From Dictyostelium discoideum (Eukaryota): a stretch of DNA of 64,000 nucleotides. The notes beneath the pieces are model-generated. The model did no database searches and had not been told where the DNA came from. It saw only the letters and a program-made list of their open reading frames with translations. The stretch spans positions 704,001 to 768,000 of the forward strand of contig CM000152.2 of the NCBI GenBank assembly GCA_000004695.1, in the 5' to 3' direction. Shown here one piece after another: positions 28,535 to 41,947 of the stretch. Position numbers and translations under genes: made by a program. The first letter of the stretch is position 1. Each line of letters starts with the position of its first letter.

Positions 28535-30017
28535 ATTGATAGAAAATAATTTCGAGATTAAAAAAAAAAAAAAAAAAAAGGTAATTAAAATTTTTAATAT
28601 ATTATTATTTTTTTTTTTCTTTTTTTGAAATTTACTAACATAACATCAGATTTCGTTTTTTTTTTTTTTTTCTTTAAATTCTCTTTTCAATCTCTCTATT
28701 TTTAATTATTAATTTCTTTTATTTTTAACAGCATCCTTTTTTTTTTTCAAACCAATACCAATTTGCTATCATTTAGCCCTGTTTCTATTATAATGTCCAC
28801 CCATGTTCCTTAATCCCTTTTTGCAACCTAAACAAAAAAAAAAAAACAAAAAAAAAAAAAACAAAAAAAAAAAACAAAAAAAAAAAAAAAAACTTAAAAT
28901 TTAAATACAAATACTTCAAAACAAAAGAACATTCAAGTCTTTTGAAACTTTTAATAAAAATCATTGAACAATAGTAGTTAGTTAGTTAAAGTTATTCACT
29001 TCAAGAGGAGGAAATTTAAGAAATTCATCTCGACGAAGGAAATTCAAATCTTTTTTTTTTTTATTTTTTTATTTTTTATTATTTTGAAAACTTAATATTA
29101 ATCCACTTTTTTTTTAATGGAGTTTATAAGAAAAAAAAAACAAAAAAACAAAGAAACATAAAAATAAAGAATAATAAAGAATAATAAATAATAGTGAAAA
29201 GATGAAGATATGAATAATTAAACCAACAAGATTATGAAATTTAGATGAATTTTTAAACGATCAAATCATCTCGTTAATTTGAAATGATGTCCCTTAGTGC
29301 CGATAATGAATTTTAAAAAAAAAAATAAAACAAAATAGTAATAATACAATTTAACAAATTTGTATATGTACCAAATCGAATTTTTACAAATTATAAAACC
29401 TTTTAACTGTATTCTTTTGGATCCAAGATTTTAAAGCTTTTTTTTTTTTTTTTTTTTTTTTCTTTTTTTTTTTTTTTGGTCCAAGATTTTATTTTAAAAA
29501 AATATTGGAAATAGATCTCGTTGGTAAACATAAAATATTACTAATTTGTAACCATAAAAATATATATATATATTTTTTTTTTTTATTTTTTTTTATTTAA
29601 TTATTTTTAAAATTTAAAAATAAAAAAAAAATTGGGTGTGGGTAGTAATAATTACAAATCCAAATCTCAGATCGAGTTATTATAGATTCAATGTCATTAT
29701 GATAATAGCAATTAAAAAAAAAAAAAAAAAAAAAAAACAGAACATAAAAAATAAAAAAAATAAAAATAAAATTTTTTTTTTTTCACACACAAACCATCAC
29801 ACCATGATGTCAATTTTATTTTTTTTATTTTGGAATTTAAAATTTTAATTTTAATTTTTTTTTATTTTTTTATTTTTTTATTTTTTTTTTACAACAGATA
29901 GATATAATTTTTTTTTTATTACCCCTTCACGAATCCATAAAATATTAAAAATAGTCTATATAAAAATAAATCAATATAAATAAATTCAAAACTTGGATAT
30001 CAATTTAAATTTCATTG

Positions 30018-30051
<34 letters not shown>

Positions 30052-30435
30052 TTTTTTTTAATTTTTTTATTTTTGATTGGCCAACGTCATTGTTTTATAG
30101 TTTTGTTTTTTTTTTTTTTATTTTGTTTTTTTTTTTACTGTAATCTTTCATCCTAAAATTATTTTTACATTTTATTAAATAAAAAAAAAAAAAAAAAACA
30201 AAACTACAAAAACTATTTTACTTGTTTTTTTTTTTTTTTGTTTCTTCTTGTAATTTATTTACTTTTGGTAATAGTTTATTTTTAATTTTTTTTTTTTTTT
30301 TTGGTTAACATTTTTCATTCATTCATTTTTTTTTTTGGTTTATCTAAACAAAAAAAAAAAAAAACTAAAAATAAAAATAAAGATAAAAATAGAAATAATA
30401 ATTAAAAAAATAATAATAAAAAAAATCAAAATCAA

Positions 30436-33400
30436 ATGATTAGTAGTGAAGATTTTAATTTATTACAAGAACAACTTATTTCACTTAAAAGGGATAAATA
30501 TGAATCAAGTGAAAAAGAAAAGAAACTTCAAAATGAGATCAAACAGTTAAAAGATCAACTTGAGGAGGGTTCAGGAAATAACAGTAATAATAATGATAGT
30601 GCAAAAAAGAAAGCAACTTCCTTTTTTTCAGATGTAGTTGCTAGAAAAGGTAAAATGAATGAAATTCAAGATGAAAATGAACATTTAAGAAAACAAATTC
30701 AACAAAATACAATTGTACATCAAGAACAATCTGATGCATTAAAACTTAATATAAAATCTTTATTTGAAACTAATAGTCAATTAGAAGATCAAATTTTATT
30801 ATTAAAAAAAGATTTAAATACATATGTATGTATATATTATTTACTCACCAAAAAAAAAAAAAAAAAAAAAAAGAAATATTTATATATTTATATTTATATT
30901 TATGTTATTATAATTATTTAATATATACATATATATATATAGATAATTAAAGGTGAAGATCAACAAAATTTAGTAAGAAAATTACAAGTTGATTTAGCAG
31001 AATCACATTGTACCAATGAAGAACTTGAAAATAAAATTAAAGAATTATCTTTAAATAATAGTATTAGTAATAATAATAGTGATATTGGTAGTGAAGTTGG
31101 TGATTGTAGTAGTGTAAATGGTGCAAACAATATTAATAGTGGTGTTGTAACATTAGAATCAATCATCCAAGTTTTAGATAGTTTATCAAGTGAAGAGGAT
31201 GTAAAAGAAAAGATTACTGAACTTTTTAATTTAAAACAACAAGAACAACAACAACAACAACAACAGCAACAGTCAATTAATAATACTACTACAACACCAC
31301 CATCACCTGTAACACCAAAAGAAATTATATTTCATCCATTAGGTGAACCAGAATATAATCCAGATAATGAAAAAGAAAAACAAAAATTAAGAGATACAAT
31401 AAAAAATTTAATGGAACAAATTAGAGAGAATGATAGTAAATCAATAAAGACTGTAAATGATATAAAGGAGTCACAACAAATCAATGAACAATTATCACAA
31501 CAAGTTACACAATGGCAAGATAAACATAGACAATCCGAGATTAATCGTGTTAAAATCGAAGAGAGATTAGAGAATGAATTAAAGAGATTAAAAGAGGAGC
31601 AAACATTAATGGAACAACAAAAACAACAATTAATTCAAGAGAATCAAGATATTCATCAAGCATTACAAACCTCTTCAAAGAAATTTGAAAAATCAATTGA
31701 ATCAGTAGATGAAGCATTACATCAACAAAAAGAGAAATTTGAAAAACTATTACAAGAGAAACAGCAAGAATTGTCACAACAAAAGTTACATTTTGAACGA
31801 TCCCTAAGTGATTTAAATGATAAATCTGATATTTTCAAACAATCAAGAGATGAATATTTGACAAACTATAATCAATCAATTGATGAAATTAAAATTAAAG
31901 ATCAAGTGATAGCTTCAAAGGTGATGGAAGTCGATCAATTGAATCAAAGAATCAAAGAATTTGAAAGTACTTCAATCGATGAAAGAAATCAATCAATTGA
32001 TTTATTATCACAATTGGAGGATTCAAAGAATTCACATAATGAATCATTAAGTAAATTGAAAAAACTTGAAGAGAAATTAGTATTGGAGAGATCAAATTTC
32101 GATTCTTTAAATCAAAGATTTAATATCATTACACTCGACCATAATGATTCTATTGAACGTACAAAACAAGTTGAAAAGCAATTAATTGAACTTGAAAATG
32201 AAAAAGATTCTTTAAAACAAACTAATCAATCACAATCTTTACAATTGACAGAGTTTGATGAAAATCTTACAAATCTTAACCAAACTTTACAAGAGAAGCA
32301 ACAATTAATCCAATCACTAGAGTCTGAATTAAAAGAGAAGTCTGATGCTTTAATTACATTTAAAGAGTTACAAGATCAATTGGAACTTTTAAATTCAAAT
32401 CTATCAGAAACAACTTTAAAACTTGATGAAGCAACATCTCGTCTTTCAATTTTAGAACCTGAATTTGAAAAAATAAAACTAAATTATGATGAAGCTTGTA
32501 TTAAAATCACAAAATTAGAAGTTTCTTTAGTTGATTTTGAAACTGAAAGGAAAATAGCTGAAAAGAAAAATGTTAAAATGATTAAAGATTTGAAAATGGA
32601 ATTATCACAATCTAGAGATTCCTTTAATTTATTATCACAATCTTCAAGTTCAATTGGTGGTGTTGCATCTGGCCAATTAACTCCAAACGGTACAAATAAT
32701 GGTGGTGGTGGTGGTGGTAGTGGTCAAAATACTCCATTACGTGGTTCAAATGGTAGTATTTCATTACCATCAACGCCAATCGTAACACCAATTCAATCAA
32801 GACATCAAAGAACTGCATCAAGAGATTTCCAATTATCATCACCAACTTCTAATAATAATAATTTCGCTTATACATCTTCACCAATTAGTAATAAGCCACC
32901 ATTAATACCATCATCACAATCATCAAATTTCATTAATAATCATGCATTAAATGGTGGTGGTAATAATAATAATGGTATAAGTGATATTCAACTTAGAACT
33001 GATTTTGAATTAATGGGTAAAAAATTAGGTGAACTTGGTACAGAAAATTATAAATTAGATGAAAGAAATAGAACATTAGAATTAAAGAATAGGCAATTAA
33101 CAGAAGATTTGGAAAAGAAATCAAATGCAGTTAGATTATTAGTTTCAAAAACTCAACTTGGTAAAGCAACCTCTGAAGAAGAAAAAGCTAAAAAATTAAA
33201 AAGTGGTGGATTTATGGGAAGTTTTTGGAGAAATAATGATCCAAAGATTGCTGCTGAAATGGTCGAAAAAATGGAAGTTATGTTACAAGAGAATGTTCTT
33301 AAAAATTTCCAACTTTCAAATGATTTAGAATTATTAGGTACTGAAACTGGAAAATTAAAATCTCAATTATCAATTTATGAATCAATTTTAAAAGAAAATA

Positions 33401-33543
33401 ATATCGAAAAACCAACTTTTAAAAATTTACATGAAAATTTAAAACCAAATAATTTTGAAAATAATAATAATAATGATGATAACTCAACAACAGCAACCAC
33501 TACTTCAATTCAAATTGGAAGTGAAGAAAATTATAAAATTTAA
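30436..33543 (+). CDS. Long coiled-coil protein (~1000 aa); exons 30436..30825, 30943..33543
   Basis: Phase-0 GTATGT donor at 30826 and ATATATATAG acceptor ending 30942 join two long ORFs in frame. The protein is dominated by heptad-like E/K/Q/L-rich segments, with a central Ser/Gly/Asn-rich linker. Confidence 0.6.
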
Positions 33544-33676
33544 TTATTATTATAATATTTTAAAATAAATTAAAAAAAATAAATAAAAAAAACTATATAT
33601 ATTATATATTAAATTAAAAAAAAAAAAAAAAAAAAAAAACCAATTTATTTTTATTTTATTTTATTTTAATTTAATT

Positions 33677-35393
33677 TTAATTATTAATATTATCATTTGA
33701 ATTTGATTTCCAAATTTTTAATAAACAATCAGAACCAGTTGTTGCTAATAAATTTTTAGTTGGATGATGTGATATACTAATAACTTCTTGATCATGAATT
33801 TTAAATTTATTTAATAATGAACCAGAATTGAAATCAAAAGTATAGAGTATATTATCTTCATCAACTGCATATAAATAATTTTGAAGTGGAGATAAAGTGC
33901 AAACCAAGAAAGTTTTTGAATTTTCACTTGTAAATGTTTTACTAATAGTTTGAGATTTCATTGAAACTATTGAGATTTGAGAAGAATTACAAACTAAAAG
34001 GAATTCAGGATTCTTTAGCAATATAGTGATTGAACGAATTGAAATGTCTCTAACTGTGACAACACTTGTTGGAGTGATAGTTTGCAAACAATCTGATGAT
34101 TTTGCATCCCATATTTTAATTTTACCATCACTTGAACATGATATAACTCTATCTTCATCATGATTGAAACAACAATCATTCACAAACGATTGATGACCTC
34201 TAAAGATTTTCAAAGCCTTACCCGATTTTAAACCATGAATTTTCAAAGAGGAGTCAAAGGAACCACTTAGAATTTGTGTTGAATTCCTTGAGAATTGTAA
34301 ACATGTCACACCATTCGTATGAGCAGGTTCGAATTTTCTTAAACATTTACCACTCTTTATTTGCCAAACTTTGATTTTATTATCCAATGAACCCGTTGCT
34401 AAGAACTCGCCATCCTTTGAGAACGCAATGCAAAGTATCGCATCATCATGCATCATAAAATCGTCATTTGATTGATAGGCTAAACTCTTTGATAATTTAC
34501 CAGTGTTGTAATCCCAAACCTCTATAAATCCATCCATACTACCCGTTAAAAGATATTTAGAATCTGGTGAGAATTTAATTGTCTCTGGTTTATTCTTATT
34601 ATTAAATTTAATTGTTTTATCTAAAACAGTTGTTATTTGTTCCTCTTCTGATTCAATCTTTTTAAATGGTACCTCACCTTTAAATAAATCAAATTCCATA
34701 CAATCATCTGGTATTATACCTTGATGTTTTTGCCAATGTAATGATTGTGATAATAATGATAATAATCTTGATGATGGTACTGTTATAATTTCATTATTTA
34801 ATTGTTCAATTAGTTGTTTTCTTCTTTTTTCTGTTGTTATACCATATTTATAAAACTTATAATATATATATATTAATAAAAAAAGATAAATTTTATATTA
34901 TATTATATTAAAAACATACATCTCCTAAATCTATATATTCTCTTTGTAAATGATTTTCTAATTTTAAATATCTTTCTTGTTGATTTAATTTCATATAATT
35001 TAATGGTTCAGTTTTCCTAATTAAATATTTACAAAGTTCATATTCCTTTAAATGTAATAATTCTACTATATCTTTTTTTTTTTTTTTTTGGTTAATTAAT
35101 AATAAAAAATAAAAAAATAAAAATTAGAATTCAAAATATTTGAATAATTTATTAATTTTCCTATATTTTTATATATATACTTGTTCATAAAGATCCATTA
35201 ATAATGTAGTTGATAATCTTAATGTTGATACAACAGTTAAAACACTATCCCAATTACCATTTTTAACATCATTTAAAAATGTTTCTTTACTATCAACTGC
35301 ATTTAAATTTATACCTGTTTCTTCTTGTAAAGCTGTTAATGAATTACCTAATGAATTTTCTTTTAAAAATTGTAATATTAATTTAATTACACT

Positions 35394-35425
<32 letters not shown>

Positions 35426-35535
35426 CTTCAGTTAGTAAAGGGTGATAATTAAATTTAAATTTAATTATTAAAGTATATTTACTCTTGTGATTGAATTTCA
35501 ATATTATGATGGGTAGTTGATGTGGGGTTACTCAT
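33677..35535 (-). CDS. smu1: SMU1 homolog (LisH + CTLH + WD40 spliceosome-associated protein); exons 35483..35535, 35181..35391, ~34920..35071, 33677..34855
   Basis: Colinear with human SMU1 throughout: LisH DVIKLILQFLKENSL..LQEETGI, CTLH LMDLYEQV.IVELLHLKE...QERYLKLENHL, then LSLLSQSLHWQKHQGIIP and WD repeats (GSMDGFIEVWDYNTGK, ATGSLDNKIKVWQIKSGKCLRKF, LSGSFDSSLKIHGLKSGK, CSSDGKIKIW). Exon 1 is only 53 nt (MSNPTSTTHHNIEIQSQ, phase 2). The exon 2/3 junction cannot be made phase-consistent with canonical GT-AG sites (see findings). Confidence 0.8.
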
Positions 35536-35669
35536 TTTCGTTGTTCAATAAAACTATTTTTAAAAATTAATGGGTTTTTATACTTTTTTTTTTCATTTTT
35601 TTTTTTTTTTCATTTTTTATTTTTTTTTTTTTACTTTTTCATTATCAAAAAAAAAAAAACAAACAAATA

Positions 35670-37739
35670 ATGTCAAGTAATATTGGTTATTTATTAAAAA
35701 GATATGGAATTATATCATCATTAAGGAAAATTATTTTATTAATTGGTGTTTTTAGTAGTAAGTTTTTATTAATACCATTTATTGAATGGTTATTTAATAA
35801 ATTTGGAAATTATGGAAATGGTGGTGGCGGTGAAGGAGGAGGAGATGAAGAATCATCAAAACCATTTCAAGTTGGAAATGATTTTGAATTATGTATTGTA
35901 TTAATATTATTTTATATATTTCATCGTAATCTTTTTGGAATACCATTCACATTTAAACTATATTCAATTAGAACATTATTATTATTAATGGAATCACATT
36001 ATTTCCTATTAAGCCAAATGAGAGCATTTGATAGATTTGGATTAAAATGTCAACATAGTGGTGTTGATGATTTATCACCTCAACAACATAAAAAGAATTT
36101 AATTATGATTGAAAAGGAATTAGTATTATTGGAAAAAATGAAATCAAAATATGATACACCAAAATCTAAAGATTATATTGGTTATTTAACAATTAGAAAT
36201 TATTTAGAAACTTTAAAGAAATCCTATTCATTACATCTTTATCCATCACCCCAGTATTTCATTTACCCAATCGTCTATCCGGTTAATCAATTCATTGGTT
36301 GTCAAATGGCATTAATAGAGACACTAGTTAAACAACAAATCAATTGTAAATCAGATGCAATGGATTTCATTGAAAGAATTGAATATTCTGATCAATTTAT
36401 TGAAGGTTTATTAAGCGATTTAAAGGTAAGAGAAACTCAAGGTATCATACCACCAAAATGGATTATTGAAATTTCAATCAATCAAATTGAAAAGAAAGTT
36501 CTTTGTAAATATGAAAATTCCTCTCAAGATTATTTTTTAAATAAGAAATTAAATTCAGATTTACAAATTTTATTAAATAATAAAAAATCCTCAATTAAAT
36601 CTCAAAATGATATTGATTCAATAATTAATCAATTGAATGAAGTTGTTGATAAATATTTAATACCATCATTTGAAAAGCTTAAAGAATATTTAACACAATT
36701 GAAACAACATTCAAAAGATGGTGATGGTTTATGGAGAGCACCAAATGGTGATGAACTTTATGATTTCCTATTAAACTATCATACTACCACTACATTGACT
36801 GCTAAAGAAATTCATGAAATTGGTTTAAAACAAGTTGATAAAATTAAAAAAGAAATTATAAATTTATTTAAAGATGACTACCCTTCAATTAAAACTGATT
36901 TCAGTTCAACAATTAGATTATTATCAAAGGAGAAACCATTTCAATTTAGTCAGGGTGATATTGGTAGAAAAGAGATTATCGAACATTATGAATCCATCAT
37001 TAAAGATTGCACAGAAACCAAGTTACCTCAATACTTCGAGAGAATCCCATTGGCGAACTGCTCAGTTGAACGTGTGCCATTATTTAAAGAGGCTGAATCT
37101 GCACCTGCCTATTACACCCCACCACCAATCGATAGATCAAAAGGCGGTATTTTCAATGTAAATCTTAGAAATACAAATGCCCACACTAAAGCAATGTCAA
37201 AAGATCTATGCTACCACGAAGCCACACCAGGCCACCATTTCCAAATGGCGTTAGCTCAAGAATTTACAAATATTGATGCATTCCGTCGAGTGATTGTATT
37301 TAGTTCATACGCTGAAGGTTGGGCATTATATGCAGAGAAGTTGGCAGATGAATTAGGTTGGTATGAAAATAGATTCGAAAGATTAGGTTATTTAGTAGCA
37401 GAAATGTGGAGATCTGCTAGACTAGTAATCGATACTGGTATTCATTGTTCTCAATATAAATGGTCACGAGAGAAATCAATTCAATATATGAAAGATAATA
37501 CCTATCTTGAAGAATCTGACATCACCTCTGAAATCGATCGTTATATCGTCATTCCTGGTCAAGCAGTTTCTTATAAAATTGGTCAACTCAAAATTTTAGA
37601 ACTTAGAGATTTAGCAAAATCAAAATTAGGTGATAAATTTCAATTAAAAAAATTCCATTCTGCAATTTTAAATAATGGTTCATTACCATTAGATATTTTG
37701 GAAATCTCTGTAAATAATTGGATTAATGAACAATTATAA
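35670..37739 (+). CDS. DUF885-family protein (putative zinc metallopeptidase-like, HExxPGHH motif), intronless
   Basis: 689-aa uninterrupted ORF. N-terminal hydrophobic segment. C-terminal half has the DUF885 signature AYYTPP....CYHEATPGHHFQ...YAEGWALYAE...D.GIH...W. No introns, unlike most neighbouring genes. Confidence 0.75.
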   Translation: MSSNIGYLLKRYGIISSLRKIILLIGVFSSKFLLIPFIEWLFNKFGNYGNGGGGEGGGDEESSKPFQVGNDFELCIVLILFYIFHRNLFGIPFTFKLYSIRTLLLLMESHYFLLSQMRAFDRFGLKCQHSGVDDLSPQQHKKNLIMIEKELVLLEKMKSKYDTPKSKDYIGYLTIRNYLETLKKSYSLHLYPSPQYFIYPIVYPVNQFIGCQMALIETLVKQQINCKSDAMDFIERIEYSDQFIEGLLSDLKVRETQGIIPPKWIIEISINQIEKKVLCKYENSSQDYFLNKKLNSDLQILLNNKKSSIKSQNDIDSIINQLNEVVDKYLIPSFEKLKEYLTQLKQHSKDGDGLWRAPNGDELYDFLLNYHTTTTLTAKEIHEIGLKQVDKIKKEIINLFKDDYPSIKTDFSSTIRLLSKEKPFQFSQGDIGRKEIIEHYESIIKDCTETKLPQYFERIPLANCSVERVPLFKEAESAPAYYTPPPIDRSKGGIFNVNLRNTNAHTKAMSKDLCYHEATPGHHFQMALAQEFTNIDAFRRVIVFSSYAEGWALYAEKLADELGWYENRFERLGYLVAEMWRSARLVIDTGIHCSQYKWSREKSIQYMKDNTYLEESDITSEIDRYIVIPGQAVSYKIGQLKILELRDLAKSKLGDKFQLKKFHSAILNNGSLPLDILEISVNNWINEQL

Positions 37740-37743
37740 TAAA

Positions 37744-37794
<51 letters not shown>

Positions 37795-38329
37795 TTATAA
37801 TAATATAGAGTAATAAAAAGTGATAATAAAACGTCAACCTAAATTTGAATTAATTCTTATTTATTATTTATTATTTTTTTCTTTACAAATTCTTTATTTA
37901 AAATTATTATTTTAGTCGTTTTGAATTGATAAATTTAGTTTTTTACCATTTCTCTTTTTCTTTGGTTCTGTTCAATTTTCACCTTTTTTTTTTTTACTTT
38001 GTTTTGTTTTATTTTATTTTGAGTTTTATGTGTATGTATATATGATGTATGTTGTGATGTTCTGTTTAAATATTTAGTTTGATTGGGTGGCAGTTGGTTC
38101 TTCTTCTTTAACTCTGTTTAAAATAAATAAATCATTAGTATCAACAAATATTTTAACTATTTGATCAGAAAAATAAATATATATATGATGGATCAAAAAA
38201 AAAAAAAAAATAATCTCATTTGGATTATATTGTTGGTGATATGTGATTATTTTTATATGAGGTAGAGTGATCTGGATGGTTATAATATAGTTTGTGTTAA
38301 TGTATTATTATTATTATTATTATTATTAT

Positions 38330-38494
38330 TTACTCTTGTAAAATTTCCTTAAAATAAATTGAAACTGGTCTAATTGGTCTTGCCTCTTTTCTTCTAATTT
38401 CTGCTTGTTTTTGTTGTTCTCTAATTTTTCTAATGTTTCTAATGGCACCTGGTGTCCATTTTCTTCCAAATGAGCATAATGATGATGAAAACAT
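38330..38494 (-). CDS. Hypothetical small basic protein (54 aa)
   Basis: ORF MFSSSLCSFGRKWTPGAIRNIRKIREQQKQAEIRRKEARPIRPVSIYFKEILQE. The upstream part of the tracked ORF is translated poly-A/T. It is short, basic and unrecognised, and may be a spurious ORF or a small mitochondrial or ribosomal protein. Confidence 0.2.
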   Translation of the reverse strand: MFSSSLCSFGRKWTPGAIRNIRKIREQQKQAEIRRKEARPIRPVSIYFKEILQE

Positions 38495-38769
38495 TCTCTT
38501 TAATTTATATATTGGTATGTGAAAAAATGAAAATAACAAAAAAAAAAAAAAAAATATGAAAAACGAATTTTTTTTTTTTTTTTTTTTCAATTTTTTTTTT
38601 ATTTTTTTTTTTTTTAAAGCTGATCAAAAAAAAAAAAAAAAAAGTAAAGGAAAAACAGAAAGAAATAAATTTTTTTTTTTTTTGCTAAGTTTTATTTTAT
38701 TACATTGAATTTATTTATTTAATTTTTTGACAATAGTTATAATATAAGGATTTTTTTATTTTACTATTG

Positions 38770-38802
<33 letters not shown>

Positions 38803-38807
38803 TTTTC

Positions 38808-38844
<37 letters not shown>

Positions 38845-39091
38845 TGGAAATCTATTTAAATATCTAAGATATATAAATAAACAAATAAACTATTTAATTA
38901 TATATTTTTTACAATCAAAAAGTTGATGAAGATGATGGTGATTTTTTTTTTTTTTTATTTCTTCTGATTGGTGAACCAGAGAGAGTGAATGTTTTAGTTG
39001 ATTTTTCTTTTTTTTGTTTTTTTCTTTTTTTTTTTTTTTTTTTTTTTTTTTGATTATTGAAAAAAAAGGGGAGGAGTAACCAACGATACAT

Positions 39092-40234
39092 TTATATGAT
39101 TGAACATTTCTTCTTTTTACCAATTGGAGTGAAACCAGTTGGTTTAACAACATGAGCATTGTAAGTGGAGTTGTTATTTGGTTGAATACCACCTTGTAAC
39201 TTTTTAATTTCACTAGCCATAATCATAAATGCTTGTTCTACATTTGCTGATGATTTGGCAGATGTTTCCAAAAATGGAATACCAACAGAGTCGGCATATT
39301 CTCTGGCGGTACTGGTATCGACGATCTTCTTTTCAATGAGATCACATTTGTTACCAACGAGTAAACGAGTTACACTATCACATGCATATCTTTGAATTTC
39401 TTGCATCCATTGTTTGACATTGTTGAAACTGACATGATCAGTGACATCATACACAACGATGATACCATGTGCACCACGATAATATGATGATGTAATTGTT
39501 CTGAATCTTTCTTGTCCTGCAGTATCCCAGATTTGTAATTTAATGATCTTACCATCTAAATTAATTGTACGAATTTTAAAATCAACACCAATTGTTGAAA
39601 TATAACTCTCTGTATATGTATCATCCTGTATTATTATTATTATTATTATTTTTGATTTTTTTGAATTTTTTTTTTTTTTTTTTGATTTTTTTTGAAATTT
39701 TTTTTTTTTTTTTTTTCAAATAAAAGTTTCAAAAAAAAAAAAAAATTATGAAAAAATTGGTGTGGGGAGGAAAAAAAAATTAATATGTGAGGATAAACGT
39801 CTTTTTTTTTTGCTTTTTCTTTTAATAAATTTAATAAATACTTACTGCAAATCTAAGTAATAAACATGATTTACCTACACCACTATCACCGATTAAAAGT
39901 AATTTGAAAAGATAATCGCTAAATTAAATAAAATAATTTTTTTTTTAAAAAAAAAAATAATAATAATAATTTGGTTAGAATACAATTAAATTATATAAAG
40001 ATGATGTGATTTAACTATGAGGAGTTGTTGTAAATACAAACAAAAACCTTGTAATCACAATGAATTAAAGTTGTGAAGGCAACTTAATTGTTTGCAATGT
40101 GTGTGTGTGATTTTTATTTTTTTTATTTTATTTATCTTTTATTTTTTTTTTTTTTTTTAATAAAAAAAGAAAAAAAAAATTAAAGAAAATAAAATAAAAT
40201 ATTAATAAAACTATACTTACTATTCTGGATTCAT
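39092..40234 (-). CDS. Rab1-family small GTPase; exons 40221..40234, 39846..39918, 39092..39625
   Basis: The spliced product MNPEY|[24 protein letters not shown]|[63 protein letters not shown]...LVGNKCDL...ETSAK is almost identical to Rab1. The first exon is 14 nt (ATG AAT CCA GAA TA | GTAAGT). The C-terminus ends KKKKCSII, not the usual CC or CXC. Confidence 0.85.
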
Positions 40235-40564
40235 TTTATCTGTTTTATTTTATATTTTTTTTTTCTTTTTTTTTTTTTTAATAAATTTTTTATTTTATGT
40301 GTTAATTTTTATTATGATAAAAAAAAAAAAAAATTGGTTTTTAATAATTTTTTTATTATTTTATTTATTGTGTTGTTGGACTATTACTACAAGTTTATAT
40401 AAATATGGGTGTGAGTGAGCGAATTTTAATATATTAATATATTTGGAAAATTTTATATATATATATTTTATATGGTGTTGAGAAAAAAAAAAAAATAAAA
40501 AAAAAATTAAAAAAAAATGAAAAAAAAAAAAAAAAAATCAAAAAAAAAAAAATTTTCAAAAAAA

Positions 40565-40626
<62 letters not shown>

Positions 40627-40751
40627 AAAAAAAAATTAAGTTGTTTTGATGGAGCCACATAAAAAAATTATTAAAAATATTTGGTGCTGATCAAAGATAT
40701 ACCACTTTTTATTATTATCATTTTTTTATTATTTTTTTTTTTTTATAAAAA

Positions 40752-40793
<42 letters not shown>

Positions 40794-40823
40794 TTCTTCA
40801 TTATTGCATATATTAAGATTAAA

Positions 40824-40859
<36 letters not shown>

Positions 40860-41187
40860 ATAATCATCCAATTTCCAAAAAAAAAAAAAAAAAAAAAAAT
40901 AAAAAAAAAAAAAAAAATAAAAATAAAAATAAATAAAAAAAAAAAAAGAGTAAAGAAAAAAAGAATATGTTACCAGAATATTTATTAATGACGAAGATGA
41001 TGATTTTCCATCTTACCTTGTGGTTAAATTTTTTTTTTCTTAAACTTTTTTTTTTTTTTTTTTTTTATTTTTTTAATAACAACAATATATTTTTTATTCA
41101 GATATATTATTTATTGATTAGAGTAAAAGAAATTGAATTTTAATAATCTTTTTTTTATAAAATATATATATTTTTTTTTAAATATAA

Positions 41188-41223
<36 letters not shown>

Positions 41224-41780
41224 AAAAAATTCTTTGAATGGTTCACTGAAATAACGAATCACAGAAAAAAAAATTTTGAAATTGAAAAAGAGATATGTGT
41301 TTGGATATTTTTTTTAATAACCAAATTAAATTTATTAAAAATTAAAAAAAAAAAAAAAAAAAATTAAACAAAACAAAAGAATAACATGTTATGGTTTCTT
41401 GTTTTTTTTTTCTTTATTTTTTTTCTTTGTTGCCAAAAATTGATAGTTTTTTTTTTTTTTTTTTTGGTAATTGTAATTAAGATATTTATTCCATTTTTTA
41501 AAATATAAAAAATTTAAATTAATAAAAAAAAAAAAAAAATAGTTGGTCGGTTTTATTTTTTTCTTGGTTACAATTCGTATGTCTTAACCTTTCCTCCTCT
41601 TCCTTTAAATTAAAGAATTAATGAGCTGGCCGTTTTGGTATTATTATTTTTAAAATAAAAATTCAAAAATAAAAATAAAAGAAAAAATTCTATGTTTATA
41701 CAATCAAAAATAAAATAAAATTTATTATTAATAGCAAATAATGTATTTAAAAAATTTAATAATTTTCATTGTTTTCAACC

Positions 41781-41811
<31 letters not shown>

Positions 41812-41947
41812 ATTTTTCCAATTTTTTTTTTTTTTTTTAATTTTTTAATTTTTTATTTTTTCATTTTTTTTTCATAAATTTTTGAAGTTATTAAATCATT
41901 TTTTTTTTTTTTTTTTACAAAATTTTTAAAAAAAGATTTTATGTATT

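Noticed and set aside
38890-39213. 107-aa minus [15 protein letters not shown]...
   Set aside because: It overlaps the Rab1 3' end and UTR in another frame, is dominated by poly-Lys from a poly-A tract, and has no support.
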